Origin: Myxococcota bacterium
GTDB taxonomy: Bacteria; Myxococcota_A; UBA9160; SZUA-336
Length of the DNA: 64,000 nucleotides
Direction: 5' to 3'
NCBI GenBank assembly: GCA_965247115.1
Contig: CBDFGR010000003.1
Location: 320,001 to 384,000, forward strand
The translations under genes were made by a program, and so were the position numbers. Of the stretch, positions 46,374-56,439 are shown in pieces. Under the pieces are notes generated by a model, which did no database searches, was not told the origin of the DNA, and worked only from the letters and a program-made list of their open reading frames with translations. Within the stretch, counting starts at the first letter, position 1. Each line of letters begins with the position of its first letter.

Positions 46374-47930
46374 TCAGGGTAGGTAGCTAAGACCAGGCGT
46401 CGGGCCGAGCTGGGTCTTCAGCATCGACTGAGCCATCTCGACGAAATCGCAGAGCAGGGGCCGTGTGTCCCGGGGATCGATGATGTCCTCGACGTTGAAC
46501 GCCTCCGCACTTCGCATGGGCGAGGCGAAGGCCTGCAGGCGACGCTCGATCTCGGCCTGCTTTGCCTTTGGATCATCGGAGGCTTCGATCTCGCGACGAT
46601 AGGCGGCGGACGTACCGCCCTCGATGTGCATCGAGCCCCACTGCGCAGAAGGCCAGGCGACGCGCTTGAACATGCCCCGCATCGACCGGTCGTGACACTG
46701 GCCGGCTACACCGTAGAGCTGGCGAATGACGAACGTGATCCACGGCATCCTGCTGTTCTGGGTCGCGCAGACCATCTTTGCGCCAGCGCGCACGATCCCC
46801 TGCCGCTGAGCCTCGAGCCCGACCATGAAGCCTGGCTCATCGGCGAAGTAGACCATCGGCAGGTGGAAGGTGTCGCAGAGCTGGATGAAGCGGATGACCT
46901 TGGTGCCGGCGGCCACGTCCATCGAGCCCCCCTGGACCAGCGGGTTGTTGATCATGACGCCCACGGGGTACCCGTTCACGCGCGCCAGTGCGGTGATCCG
47001 CGCCCCCCCGTAGTGGGGGGTGAGCTCGAAGATGGAATCGCGATCCAGAACGTGCCGGAGAAGCGCGCGAGCATCGTAGGCCCTTCGCTTCTGCCTCGGG
47101 ATCACGGACAGCAGCTCCTCGTCACGCCGGCCAGGGTCATCCGTCGGCTCGACCCGCGGGGGAGGCTCCCAGACGTTCTGCGGCAAGTAGCTGAGGAACC
47201 TCCTGGCCATCTCGAAGGCCTCCTCCTCGCTCTCGGCCAGGTTGTCGACGACTCCGCCCTCGTAGACCTGGGTCCGCTCGTCCCCCAGCTCTTCCTTGCT
47301 GATCTCCGTGCCGAGCGCGGCCTTGACGACCGGGGGACCCCCGGCAAAGACCTGGCTGATGCCCCGCACCATGACGCTGAAGTGCGACAGGCAGACCTCC
47401 ACCGCCGGGAGACCGGCAACGGAACCCAGCGCCAGGGCGACTACCGGTGACGTGCAGAGCAGCTCTTCGACGGTGTGGCTGCCAGCGTTCGAAGGGATGT
47501 ACGTGCGACCGATCTTCTCGAACGTCCTGACGCTGCCACCCGTGGCATCGAGCAGGCGGACGAACGGGAGCCGCCACTGCAGGGCCAGGTGGTTGGCGAA
47601 GCCGTGCTTGTCGCCCACGGCGGCGTCGCTGGCTCCACCCCGTACCGTGAAGTCGCCGCCCGAGAGCACGACTTTTCGACCGTCAATCCTGCACGTCCCG
47701 ATCAACATGTTGGACGGCGTGAACGACTCGAGCTTGTCGTCGCGGTAGACGGCGCCCCCGGCCAGGCCACCGATCTCCTGGAACGAGTCCGCGTCTGCCA
47801 GCGCCACGAATCGCTCGCGGACCGTGAGCTTCCCCCGCTTTCGCTGCCGCTCGATTCCCTCGGGGCCGCCCATCCGAGCGGCCAGCTCCCTCCTGCGCTT
47901 CAGCTCCTCGATCTCCGGCTCCCAGACCAC
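46374..47930 (-). CDS. Acyl-CoA carboxylase carboxyltransferase subunit
   Basis: GKLTVRER, DFTVRGGA, GGPPVV, EELG, LCDTFHLP...DEPGF, IIDPRDTR; probable GTG start 47930. Confidence 0.92.
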   Translation of the reverse strand: MVWEPEIEELKRRRELAARMGGPEGIERQRKRGKLTVRERFVALADADSFQEIGGLAGGAVYRDDKLESFTPSNMLIGTCRIDGRKVVLSGGDFTVRGGASDAAVGDKHGFANHLALQWRLPFVRLLDATGGSVRTFEKIGRTYIPSNAGSHTVEELLCTSPVVALALGSVAGLPAVEVCLSHFSVMVRGISQVFAGGPPVVKAALGTEISKEELGDERTQVYEGGVVDNLAESEEEAFEMARRFLSYLPQNVWEPPPRVEPTDDPGRRDEELLSVIPRQKRRAYDARALLRHVLDRDSIFELTPHYGGARITALARVNGYPVGVMINNPLVQGGSMDVAAGTKVIRFIQLCDTFHLPMVYFADEPGFMVGLEAQRQGIVRAGAKMVCATQNSRMPWITFVIRQLYGVAGQCHDRSMRGMFKRVAWPSAQWGSMHIEGGTSAAYRREIEASDDPKAKQAEIERRLQAFASPMRSAEAFNVEDIIDPRDTRPLLCDFVEMAQSMLKTQLGPTPGLSYLP

Positions 47931-48045
47931 CGAGTTCCTCCGTATCCAGCCAGGGCCCTTCGCGGGCAATCGTCGCTCCGCGCGGCTGCGAGCGCAGCCC
48001 GTGGCTCTGGTGCGCCAGCTTACCAAGTCTGAGCGAGCGCCTGCG

Positions 48046-48750
48046 CTAGCGCGTCAGGGCCTCGGGAATCTGCTCGACTCGCACGGTATCGCCGAAGGCG
48101 TCCCGGAATATCGCCAGCGCGCTAAGGCCGAGGCTCGTGTTCGCCGTCCAGACCGCGTCTTCCGCGATCAGTGTCCGGTAGCCGAGGATGGACGAAGATT
48201 GCGCCGTGCGCAGGACGCACACGTCGGTCTCCACACCGGCGACGACGACGGCGTCGACCTCGTGGTCGCCCAGGAAGGCGGCGAGCTCGGTTCGGTGGAA
48301 GCCGTCGAACGTGTGCTTGTCGATGACGCTCTCGCGCTCGCTCGACTCGCCTTCGGCCGCGATGGACGCGATCGAATCGACGAAGTCGCACCCCCACGTC
48401 GCGGTCTTGCAAGGGAAGTGACGACGCGTCGGGTCACGCAGCAACGACGGGGGTTGCACTGCGAAGGAGCGATCGTATACGGCGCGCACGAATGCGACGG
48501 GACGAGCCTCTCGCCGCGCGAGCCGAACGGCACTGCACACACGGTCGACCACCGCGGCCAGCTCGGGGGACCTGAGCACGCAGTCGGAGCCGCTCGTCGG
48601 TGGCTCCGGGAATTCCAGCTCGCGGAGCCGCTCCGCGTGCGACAGCCGGCCTTCCCGGACGCTCTCATCCAGCGCAGCGCGCCGGCCGTAGTAGCCGTCG
48701 AGGGTCAGGAAGTCGTTCTGCATGTCCACGACGATCAACGCCCAGCTCAA
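48046..48750 (-). CDS. Isochorismatase-family cysteine hydrolase
   Basis: Asp-Lys-Cys triad motifs VVDMQNDF, IDKH, GVETDVCV. Confidence 0.88.
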   Translation of the reverse strand: MSWALIVVDMQNDFLTLDGYYGRRAALDESVREGRLSHAERLRELEFPEPPTSGSDCVLRSPELAAVVDRVCSAVRLARREARPVAFVRAVYDRSFAVQPPSLLRDPTRRHFPCKTATWGCDFVDSIASIAAEGESSERESVIDKHTFDGFHRTELAAFLGDHEVDAVVVAGVETDVCVLRTAQSSSILGYRTLIAEDAVWTANTSLGLSALAIFRDAFGDTVRVEQIPEALTR

Positions 48751-48889
48751 TGCCCGACCTCGCAGGGCACCCCTCGGCCCCTCCTTCGGCGCTTCGCAGC
48801 CCCGCGTTCAACGATACCAGGTCCCTGGGCCCAGCCGCGGACGCGCGCGTCTGGGTTACCGAGTGTGGTTCGTGGCGGCGAGTCGGGTG

Positions 48890-50125
48890 TCAGAGCGAGA
48901 AGCGCTCGCGCAAGTCCGGAGGCACGATCGGGCAGGCCTGTTCCGGCCTGCGAAACAGGCGCTGGCGAATGGCCGCGATCTGGTCGTAGAGCCGATCGCG
49001 CAGGACGCGCGGGACCGCTCGGGACGCGAGAGCCAGGGCCCGCCAGATGCCGCCGAGCTGATCCCCGATCTCGATCAGTGCAGCCGAGCGCACGCGAAGC
49101 TCGCCGTCCGGCGTGCGCAGCACGATGCTGTCCGGGAGCTCGCCCGCCTCACTCGGCGCGACCTCGTTGGCAAAGCGCGCACTCTCGAGTGGCGCATAGC
49201 GGAAGATGGCCTCGCGATCCTCCGCGAGGAGGAGACGCACCGTGCGATGACAGAGACCGCAGCTGCCGTCGTAGTACACGACCCACTCGCCCGCGGAGCG
49301 CCTTGCGCGCAACCAGCTCGGATCGAAGGTAAAGGCATGCAGGATCACCATCCCGAAGGAAAGATCCGCGAAATCGATCAGGACCATCAGGTTCAGGTGC
49401 AAGCCCAGCATGGCGAGCCACAGCCAGGGGCGAACTCGGCGAACCAGTGCCAGCGGGGCAAACAGAAGCTCCAGAGCGAGTCCACCCCATGTCATGAGCT
49501 GCAGCACGGGCGTGGGCAACGCCAGGACGAGGTCGCGAACAAAGCTGGGCCGGGCCAGCGGATTGTCGAGTATGCGCGCGATCGCGCTGCCATCGACCCA
49601 GGAGGGACTCACCAGCTTTGTGTAGCCGCTGTACGAGTACCCGATCGCCATCACGATCCACGCTGCAGCGTAGATACCGTCCGGTAGCTGCCAGCCAGCA
49701 CCAGGATCGGCGCGACCCCGCGCGTCCCACGAGCCGTACGGTGCGCGCGGCAGCACCGAGTGCGCGATCAGGAGCCAGCCGATGAACGGGAGGCTCGGAT
49801 TCTGGATCAGGGGATTTCGCGTGAAGAGACAGGCCCACAGGTACCAGAGCACGAGGGCACAGGCGCGATCCTTGAAGCCGGCAGCAAACAGGACTGCTGT
49901 GATCGCGGCAAGTCCCAGGAGCAGCGTGACCACGATGGGCGAGTCGAGCGCGAACAGCACGTTAGGAAACAGCGGATACAGCGGGCTCAGGGCGGCATCG
50001 GCCACCATGCCTTCGCTCGAGAACAGCTCGGGTCCCCACGCAAGCAACCCGGCGAAGTGCTGCAGCAGATAGGCACCCAGGACGATCCGGTACACGCTGT
50101 ACTGTCCGCCGGTCCAGCCGTTCAT
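48890..50125 (-). CDS. HTTM-like membrane domain fused to a DCC1-like thiol-disulfide oxidoreductase
   Basis: Multi-TM with RNPLI, YSYSGYTKL.SPSWVDG, LEL; C-terminal YYDGSCGLCH...RDRLYD.IA..R...CP. Confidence 0.82.
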   Translation of the reverse strand: MNGWTGGQYSVYRIVLGAYLLQHFAGLLAWGPELFSSEGMVADAALSPLYPLFPNVLFALDSPIVVTLLLGLAAITAVLFAAGFKDRACALVLWYLWACLFTRNPLIQNPSLPFIGWLLIAHSVLPRAPYGSWDARGRADPGAGWQLPDGIYAAAWIVMAIGYSYSGYTKLVSPSWVDGSAIARILDNPLARPSFVRDLVLALPTPVLQLMTWGGLALELLFAPLALVRRVRPWLWLAMLGLHLNLMVLIDFADLSFGMVILHAFTFDPSWLRARRSAGEWVVYYDGSCGLCHRTVRLLLAEDREAIFRYAPLESARFANEVAPSEAGELPDSIVLRTPDGELRVRSAALIEIGDQLGGIWRALALASRAVPRVLRDRLYDQIAAIRQRLFRRPEQACPIVPPDLRERFSL

Positions 50126-50613
50126 CGTGCACACGGGGCGGCGACCTCGCGGGTCAGCTCCCCGAGGTCGCTGCCCTCTAACGGCTCCAGCCGGATCCGG
50201 GGCGTTCCTTCGACGTCGTCGGGGTCGATGCCAAGCTCGCGCAGGAGCGGTGCATCTCCGCACAACGCATAGCCGGCGACGGCCTCGTAGACGGGACGGG
50301 TGGCCTCACTGGCAATCAGCACGGGACCGTAGGCGACCACGGCTCCGAACACGTTGCGGCGGTTGTAGGGGCCGCGGATGCGCGCGTACACCTCGGGCGT
50401 GAACTCGAGCGACTGAACCGTGCCGGCTCGATCCGTCCACTCGAGAAAGAAGCGGGTGGAGTAGGTCTCGAGTCCCTCTACGGCGCTGAACACTCTCGGT
50501 GCCGGCGAGGCGGTCGTTGCCAGAGCCAGGCCGCGCAGAGCTGGCAGGCCCGCGACGTCCCCGAGCATCTGGGCAAGACCCAGAAGCGTGAGCAGGCCGG
50601 CGGCGACTCTCAC
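50122..50613 (-). CDS. Hypothetical membrane-anchored protein
   Basis: N-terminal hydrophobic stretch, ASPAPRVFS, GPYNRRNVFGA; 4-bp overlaps with both neighbours. Confidence 0.75.
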   Translation of the reverse strand: MRVAAGLLTLLGLAQMLGDVAGLPALRGLALATTASPAPRVFSAVEGLETYSTRFFLEWTDRAGTVQSLEFTPEVYARIRGPYNRRNVFGAVVAYGPVLIASEATRPVYEAVAGYALCGDAPLLRELGIDPDDVEGTPRIRLEPLEGSDLGELTREVAAPCAR

Positions 50614-51359
50614 GAGCCGGGCCCCGGTACGGCCGGCTCATCGATCTCGCGCCCGACCAGCATGTCCAGCAGGCGCGGCTCGCCTTCGGGGCCGAACCCA
50701 CAGCTGGCCTCCCAGCGACGCGGGTTCCGGAGCGTACCGAACATGGCGTCGTATAGCGGAAGGTCTCCATAGTTGTACGAGTGCAGCCCGGCCTGGTGGT
50801 GCACACAGTGACTCTCGGGTCGCTGGATCAGAAAACCCAGCCAGTACGGTGTCGGGACGTTCCAGTGGTAGAAGAGCTCGGCCAGACCCGTCATCAACAC
50901 AGCAAGTCCCGCGGCTTCTGCTCCCACACCTACGCCGAGGTAGAGGATCGCGCTCGAAAGGACGCCGTTGGCGAAGATCTCGAAGGGGTGCTTGTAGAAG
51001 CTGGTGATCACCTCGATCCGTTGTGGGCTGTGATGGACCTGGTGGAACCACCGCCACAGGAACGGGACCGAGTGCCGGGCGCGATGCCACCAGTAGTAAA
51101 TGAATGTGATGGCGACGTATCCGACCACCGCGCCGTCGAGCTCGCCCAGTCCGTCCGCGGACCAGGGTCGGTGGCGCAGGAGCCAGCCGTCGTACGAAAC
51201 GCCGGCGAGATACACCGACGCCCCCTGCACTCCGTTCAGCAGCGCAGCGCGAGCCCACCAGCCCGGCACGCGGGGCCATGAGCGCCCCCTGCGCAGTAGC
51301 TCGAAGACCACCATCACCCCGGCAGCCGCGACAACGAAGACCGCTACCCCCATCTGCAC
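50610..51359 (-). CDS. Sterol desaturase / fatty-acid hydroxylase family
   Basis: His boxes HRARH, HQVHH, FYH, HCVHH; YD..FGT. Confidence 0.92.
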   Translation of the reverse strand: MQMGVAVFVVAAAGVMVVFELLRRGRSWPRVPGWWARAALLNGVQGASVYLAGVSYDGWLLRHRPWSADGLGELDGAVVGYVAITFIYYWWHRARHSVPFLWRWFHQVHHSPQRIEVITSFYKHPFEIFANGVLSSAILYLGVGVGAEAAGLAVLMTGLAELFYHWNVPTPYWLGFLIQRPESHCVHHQAGLHSYNYGDLPLYDAMFGTLRNPRRWEASCGFGPEGEPRLLDMLVGREIDEPAVPGPGS

Positions 51360-51561
51360 CAGAGGCTAGCAAGCGATCGAGTAGCGGCTACTCACGCCGA
51401 ACTTCGGCAGCGCAGCAAGAGGAGGACCCAGACAGCCACCATACCTGAGCGGATCGTCACGCTGATGCCATGGGTGCTTTTCGGCGACGGCGGCACCTGA
51501 TTGGCTTGCCTTGTCCATGGGCTGGCATGCGCGGCTGACCCCGAGGTGGGAGAATGGCGGC

Positions 51562-52950
51562 GTGGCTCAGATACCCGACGTGTTGGTCATCGGCGGTGGA
51601 AATGCCGCACTCTGCGCTGCGATGACCGCGCGCCGCGCCGGCGCCCGAGTGCTGCTGCTCGAGAGCGCCTCCAAGGCCGAACGCGGCGGGAACAGCCGAC
51701 ACACGCGCAACATCCGCTACGCACACGAGCACGCGGGTAACCACCTGACCGGACCCTATGGCGAAGACGAGCTCTGGAACGATCTCCAGCAGGTGACCGG
51801 CGGCGAGACCGATGAAGCGCTGGCTCGCCTCGGGATCCGCGAGTCCCGGGACCTCGGCGCCTGGATGCCCGAGCACGGCGTGCGGTGGCAGGCCCCGCTC
51901 CGCGGTACGCTGCACCTCTCGCGGACCAACGCGTTTTTTCTCGGCGGGGGGAAGGCGCTGATCAACGCCTACTACAACACGGCGCAGAAGCTCGGCGTGG
52001 AGATCGAGTACGGCGCGGAGGTGTGCGAGCTCGAGCTTCGCGACGGGCGCTTTATCGCGGCTCACGTCGCCGGCGATGAGGGCCCTCGCGAGGTCCGAGC
52101 ACGCGCGGTCGTGGCCGCAGCCGGGGGCTTCGAGGCCAACCTGGCGTGGCTTCGGGAGTACTGGGGGGATGCGGCGGCGAACTTCGCGGTCCGGGGCACG
52201 TCCCACAACAAGGGGCGTGTGCTCCGCGCGTTGCTCGACCAGGGCGCCCGACCCGTCGGCAACCCGCGCGAGTTCCACGCGGTGGCCGTCGATGCGCGCG
52301 GACCCGACTTCGACGGCGGCATTGTGACCCGGCTCGACAGCATTCCCTTCGGCATCGTCGTCAACAAGCAGGCACGGCGCTTCTACGACGAGGGCGAGGA
52401 TCTCTGGCCGAAGCGCTACGCGATCTGGGGTGGGCTGATCGCGCGACAGCCCGACCAGCTCGCCTACTCGATCGTGGACGCGAAACAGGCCACCCGCTTC
52501 TTGCCGTCGCTCTTCCCGCCGATCCGCGCCGACTCGCTGGACGAGCTGGCCCGCGCGCTCACGCTGCCGCCCGCCGCCCTGGAGCAGACGGTGCACGAGT
52601 TCAATCGCTGCGTCCGTCCGGGTGCACTCGACCCCACGCAGCTCGACGACTGTCGGACGGAGGGGCTCGACCCGCCGAAGAGCCACTGGGCGGTACCGCT
52701 CGACGCGCCCCCCTTCCTCGCATACCCCCTGCGACCGGGCATCACGTTTACCTACCTTGGAGTCGCGGTAACCGAGCGAGCCCAGGTGGTGATGGACGAC
52801 GGCAGCCCCGCGCAGAACGTCTTTGCCGCTGGCGAGATCATGGCGGGCAACATCCTCGGGCGCGGCTACCTCGCGGGCTTTGGCATGACGATCGGCACCA
52901 CGTTCGGCAGGATTGCCGGGCGGGAGGCGGCGCGCGATGCATGCGCGTGA
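51562..52950 (+). CDS. tcuA: FAD-dependent tricarballylate dehydrogenase
   Basis: GGGNAALCAA, RGGNSRHTRN, LSRTNAFFLGGGKAL, FDGGIVTRLD, WPKRYAIWG, GEIMAGNILG. Confidence 0.93.
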   Translation: MAQIPDVLVIGGGNAALCAAMTARRAGARVLLLESASKAERGGNSRHTRNIRYAHEHAGNHLTGPYGEDELWNDLQQVTGGETDEALARLGIRESRDLGAWMPEHGVRWQAPLRGTLHLSRTNAFFLGGGKALINAYYNTAQKLGVEIEYGAEVCELELRDGRFIAAHVAGDEGPREVRARAVVAAAGGFEANLAWLREYWGDAAANFAVRGTSHNKGRVLRALLDQGARPVGNPREFHAVAVDARGPDFDGGIVTRLDSIPFGIVVNKQARRFYDEGEDLWPKRYAIWGGLIARQPDQLAYSIVDAKQATRFLPSLFPPIRADSLDELARALTLPPAALEQTVHEFNRCVRPGALDPTQLDDCRTEGLDPPKSHWAVPLDAPPFLAYPLRPGITFTYLGVAVTERAQVVMDDGSPAQNVFAAGEIMAGNILGRGYLAGFGMTIGTTFGRIAGREAARDACA

Positions 52951-54043
52951 GCTGCTCGACGACGCGGACCGGCAACTTCGCATCTGCAATGCCTGTCGCT
53001 ACTGCGAGGGATACTGCGCCGTCTTCCCGGCGATGGAGCGGCGCAGGAGCTTCGCAGACGCCGACTTGATCTACCTGGCGAACCTGTGCTTCGAGTGCCG
53101 CGCCTGCCACTACGCATGCCCGTACTCAGCGCCCCACGAGTTCGACGTGAACGTGCCAAGGGTTCTCGCGAAGCTGCGGCTCGAGACCTACCAGCGCTAC
53201 ACATGGCCCGGGCTGCGCGGCGGTGGATCAGGAGTCACGTGGGCCGCGGTTGTCTGCACCGTGGGGCTGCCGCTCCTCGCGCTCGCGGCTCCCGGGCCGA
53301 CGACACTGTTCTCTACACACATCGGAGCGGGCGCGTTCTACGCGGTGGTGCCGTATGCCGTGATGGTCGCGCCCTCGCTCGCAATCCTGCTCTTCGGCGT
53401 GGCGTGTCTCGCCCTGGGGGCGCTCCGCTTCTGGCGCGACACCGGCGCGCGACCGGCGCAGCTGCTCGATGCGCGCGCACTCGTCCACGCGATCCGGGAC
53501 GCTCTGGGCGTGAAGTACCTGCAGGGAGGCGGCGACGGCTGCAGCTATCCCGACGCGCGCTTTTCGCACGCGCGGCGACGACTCCACCACCTGGTGTTCT
53601 ATGGCTTCGGGCTCGCATTCAGCGCCAGCGTTGTGGCAGCCGGCTATCACCACCTGCTGGATTGGGCCGCTCCCTATCCTCTATGGAGCTGGCCGGTCGG
53701 CCTCGGCACGCTGGGCGGCGTCGCAATGGTCGCTGGCGCCTCCGGGCTGCTCTACCTCAAGTGGCGCAGCGACCCGGAGCCGGCTGAGCGGGAGATGGTC
53801 CGGATGGATGTCTCCTTTCTCGTCTTGTTCCTGTGGATCAATCTGACGGGGCTGGCACTGCTGGCCGCTCGAGACACCGCCGCGATGGGAACGCTGCTCG
53901 TCGTACATCTCGGCGCCGTGGCCGGGCTGTTCGTGACCCTGCCCTACGGGAAGCTCGCCCACGTGGCGTATCGCTACGCGGCCCTCGTCCGCAACTCCAT
54001 CGAAGAGTCGGAGAGCGAATCGGAGAATGTGCCCGGGGCTTGA
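52937..54043 (+). CDS. tcuB: Tricarballylate utilisation 4Fe-4S membrane protein
   Basis: CNACRYCEGYC, LANLCFECRACHYAC, GGGDGC, HHLVFYGF, PYGKLAH. Confidence 0.93.
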   Translation: MHARELLDDADRQLRICNACRYCEGYCAVFPAMERRRSFADADLIYLANLCFECRACHYACPYSAPHEFDVNVPRVLAKLRLETYQRYTWPGLRGGGSGVTWAAVVCTVGLPLLALAAPGPTTLFSTHIGAGAFYAVVPYAVMVAPSLAILLFGVACLALGALRFWRDTGARPAQLLDARALVHAIRDALGVKYLQGGGDGCSYPDARFSHARRRLHHLVFYGFGLAFSASVVAAGYHHLLDWAAPYPLWSWPVGLGTLGGVAMVAGASGLLYLKWRSDPEPAEREMVRMDVSFLVLFLWINLTGLALLAARDTAAMGTLLVVHLGAVAGLFVTLPYGKLAHVAYRYAALVRNSIEESESESENVPGA

Positions 54044-54056
54044 CGAGTAGCTGGTC

Positions 54057-54830
54057 CTACTTCCCGTAGAAGGCGCGCATCAGGTCGATGGTTCGTTCGG
54101 TGCTCTCCGATAGCGTCCAGTGGCCACAATCGGAGAGGACTTCGCAGCTCGCGTTGGGGAGGCGCTTCTCCATCTCGGCCACGCGCTCTGGCGGAGCCAC
54201 CCCGTCCTCGTCACCCGTGACCAGAAGCGTGCGGCATTGGATCTGCTCCAGCTCGGCCGACCGGGCGGCCGCCAGTGCCCTGCAGCTGGCGGCGTAGCCC
54301 CTCGGGTCCTGCCTCATCAGCAACTCGAGCACGAGACCCACCACCACTGGCTTCGTCTCCTTGGTGGCTTTCGAGAGCGCCACATCGGCAATGGTTCGGG
54401 CGATCCCCTCCATGCCGTCGCTCTCGGCGGCCTCTGCGCGCGCACGGAGCGCGTCTCTCGCGGGGTCCGGGGGTTCGGCCAGCGGGCCGAGCAGAACGAG
54501 ATCGCGGACTCGCTGCGGCTGCAACGCAGCGATGTGCTGACACACAATGGTGCCCATCGAGTGCCCGACCAGGTGGGCCCACTCCAGGCCAAGTGCATCC
54601 ATCAACGCAAGCATCGATTCCGCGAGCCCGCCGATCGACAGGCTATCTGCCCCCTCGGAGCCCCCGGATCCCGGAACGTCGGGCACGACGACCTGGAACC
54701 GGTCCGAGAAGCTCGAAACCACGGGGGTCCAGTAGTTGCCCGTGCCTCCAAGACCGTGGACCAGCAGCAGGGGATCTCCCTCTCCCACCACGTCCACGGC
54801 CATGGATCGGTCATTGATCTGTCTACGCAT
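54057..54830 (-). CDS. Alpha/beta hydrolase (PcaD-like)
   Basis: HGLGG, GHSMG, GDED, CGHW. Confidence 0.88.
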   Translation of the reverse strand: MRRQINDRSMAVDVVGEGDPLLLVHGLGGTGNYWTPVVSSFSDRFQVVVPDVPGSGGSEGADSLSIGGLAESMLALMDALGLEWAHLVGHSMGTIVCQHIAALQPQRVRDLVLLGPLAEPPDPARDALRARAEAAESDGMEGIARTIADVALSKATKETKPVVVGLVLELLMRQDPRGYAASCRALAAARSAELEQIQCRTLLVTGDEDGVAPPERVAEMEKRLPNASCEVLSDCGHWTLSESTERTIDLMRAFYGK

Positions 54831-54866
54831 GAAACTTCTCCTGGCGCTGGTGGATCGCGTTCACCG

Positions 54867-56378
54867 CTACAGCGTACGCCAGTCGGCGTCCTGCTCCAAG
54901 GCGTGCGCGGCCCGATAGATCGTCGACTCCTCGTACGCGCGGCCCACGAGCATGAGCCCCACAGGCAATCCCTCACTCATGCCGGACGGGATCGACATTG
55001 CCGGGTGGTGCGATTGATTGAACGGCTGCGTATTCGCTCCGACGGAGAGTGCCGCTCGGACTACCTCACCGACCGGTGCATCCTCAGGCGGAAGGGGCTG
55101 CGCCTTCATCGCCGTAGTCGGAAGGGCCAGGAGATCCAGCTCTTGAAACGCCTTGTCGTACGCGGCGCGGAGCCGCCGCACGAGGTTCATCGCCTTCGCG
55201 TAGTAGCTCCAGCCGTATCTTCGACGCAGGACCTCGGTTGCGATCAACAGCGTCTTCATCGTGGGCGGGAGCTCGTCTGCGCGCTCGCGCCAGCTCCGAT
55301 GGTGCTCGAGGAAGCTCGGGACGAAGACGTCCTGGCGACCGATGCCACACCCGTCGGTGTGGAGGACCCCCACAATGGCCGACTGCATGATGGGTGCGAA
55401 CAGGCTGCGCCCCATCGCATGCTCTGGCACTGATTGCTCTGCCACTTTCGCGCCGAGCTTCTCCAAGCGCGCGACCGCGGCCCGCGTCTTCTCGTCGACG
55501 TCGGGGTCACCGCCCTTCAGGCCGAACCCCTCGCTCAGGACTCCGATGCGCAGGCCCTCCACGCCTCGACCGAGTGCCTCGCTGTAGGTGTCGGTGCGCG
55601 GCGCGACCTGCCGTCCGTCGAGGCCGTCCGCCCCAGCGATGACCTCGAGCAGCAGTGCGTTGTCAGCGACACTGCTCGTGATCGGACCGACGTGGTCGAT
55701 CGTCGGCTCCAGTGAGAGGATCCCCGTATAGGGTACGAGGCCGTGAGTCGCCTTCATGCCGTACGCTCCACAGAACGATGACGGCATGCGGATGGAGCCG
55801 CCCTGATCTCCGCCGATTGCGAGGTCGACCTCGCCAGCGGCGACGAGCGCGGCCGATCCCGACGAGGAGCCGCCCGCCGAGCGAGTCGGGTCGTGGGGAT
55901 TGCGAACAGGGCCCGAGTCGCTCGTGTGGCTGCCACCGGATAGGCAGTACGACTCACAGACCGCCTTGCCGGCGATCGTCCCGCCCGCGTCGAGAATCCG
56001 CCCAACGATGGTCGCGTCGACAGGTGGCACGTATCCCTGAATGAGGCGAGTACCGTTCATCATCGGCACACCCGCCACCATGACGTTGTCCTTGAGCGCG
56101 ACCTCGCGTCCTGCGAGCTTGCCGTCTGCGGCTCCCTCGATGTGCGTCTTCACGTACCAGGCGCCCAGCGGATTATCAGCCGGCTCGGGTCGCTGCCAGG
56201 CTCCCCGCGGGTAGCGGACGGGCGGGAGCTCGTCGGGAAGCGTGTCGAGAACGGCGACCGACCTCACCCACGGCGTGGCGGAATCGCGGAAGGCCTCGGT
56301 CTCTTCTGGTTCCAGATGCAGTCCGAAGTCGCGCGCGATCTCCTCCACCTCGAGCTTGCTGGGGGGTCGAAAAGGCAT
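54867..56378 (-). CDS. Amidase (amidase-signature family)
   Basis: LKDN, GGSSSGS, GGDQGGSIRMP. Confidence 0.93.
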   Translation of the reverse strand: MPFRPPSKLEVEEIARDFGLHLEPEETEAFRDSATPWVRSVAVLDTLPDELPPVRYPRGAWQRPEPADNPLGAWYVKTHIEGAADGKLAGREVALKDNVMVAGVPMMNGTRLIQGYVPPVDATIVGRILDAGGTIAGKAVCESYCLSGGSHTSDSGPVRNPHDPTRSAGGSSSGSAALVAAGEVDLAIGGDQGGSIRMPSSFCGAYGMKATHGLVPYTGILSLEPTIDHVGPITSSVADNALLLEVIAGADGLDGRQVAPRTDTYSEALGRGVEGLRIGVLSEGFGLKGGDPDVDEKTRAAVARLEKLGAKVAEQSVPEHAMGRSLFAPIMQSAIVGVLHTDGCGIGRQDVFVPSFLEHHRSWRERADELPPTMKTLLIATEVLRRRYGWSYYAKAMNLVRRLRAAYDKAFQELDLLALPTTAMKAQPLPPEDAPVGEVVRAALSVGANTQPFNQSHHPAMSIPSGMSEGLPVGLMLVGRAYEESTIYRAAHALEQDADWRTL

Positions 56379-56439
56379 GAAGTCCTCCTTTCCCCCATCC
56401 TAGTCGGAATCGCGCAGCTTGACTGCTCGACAGCGCGAG

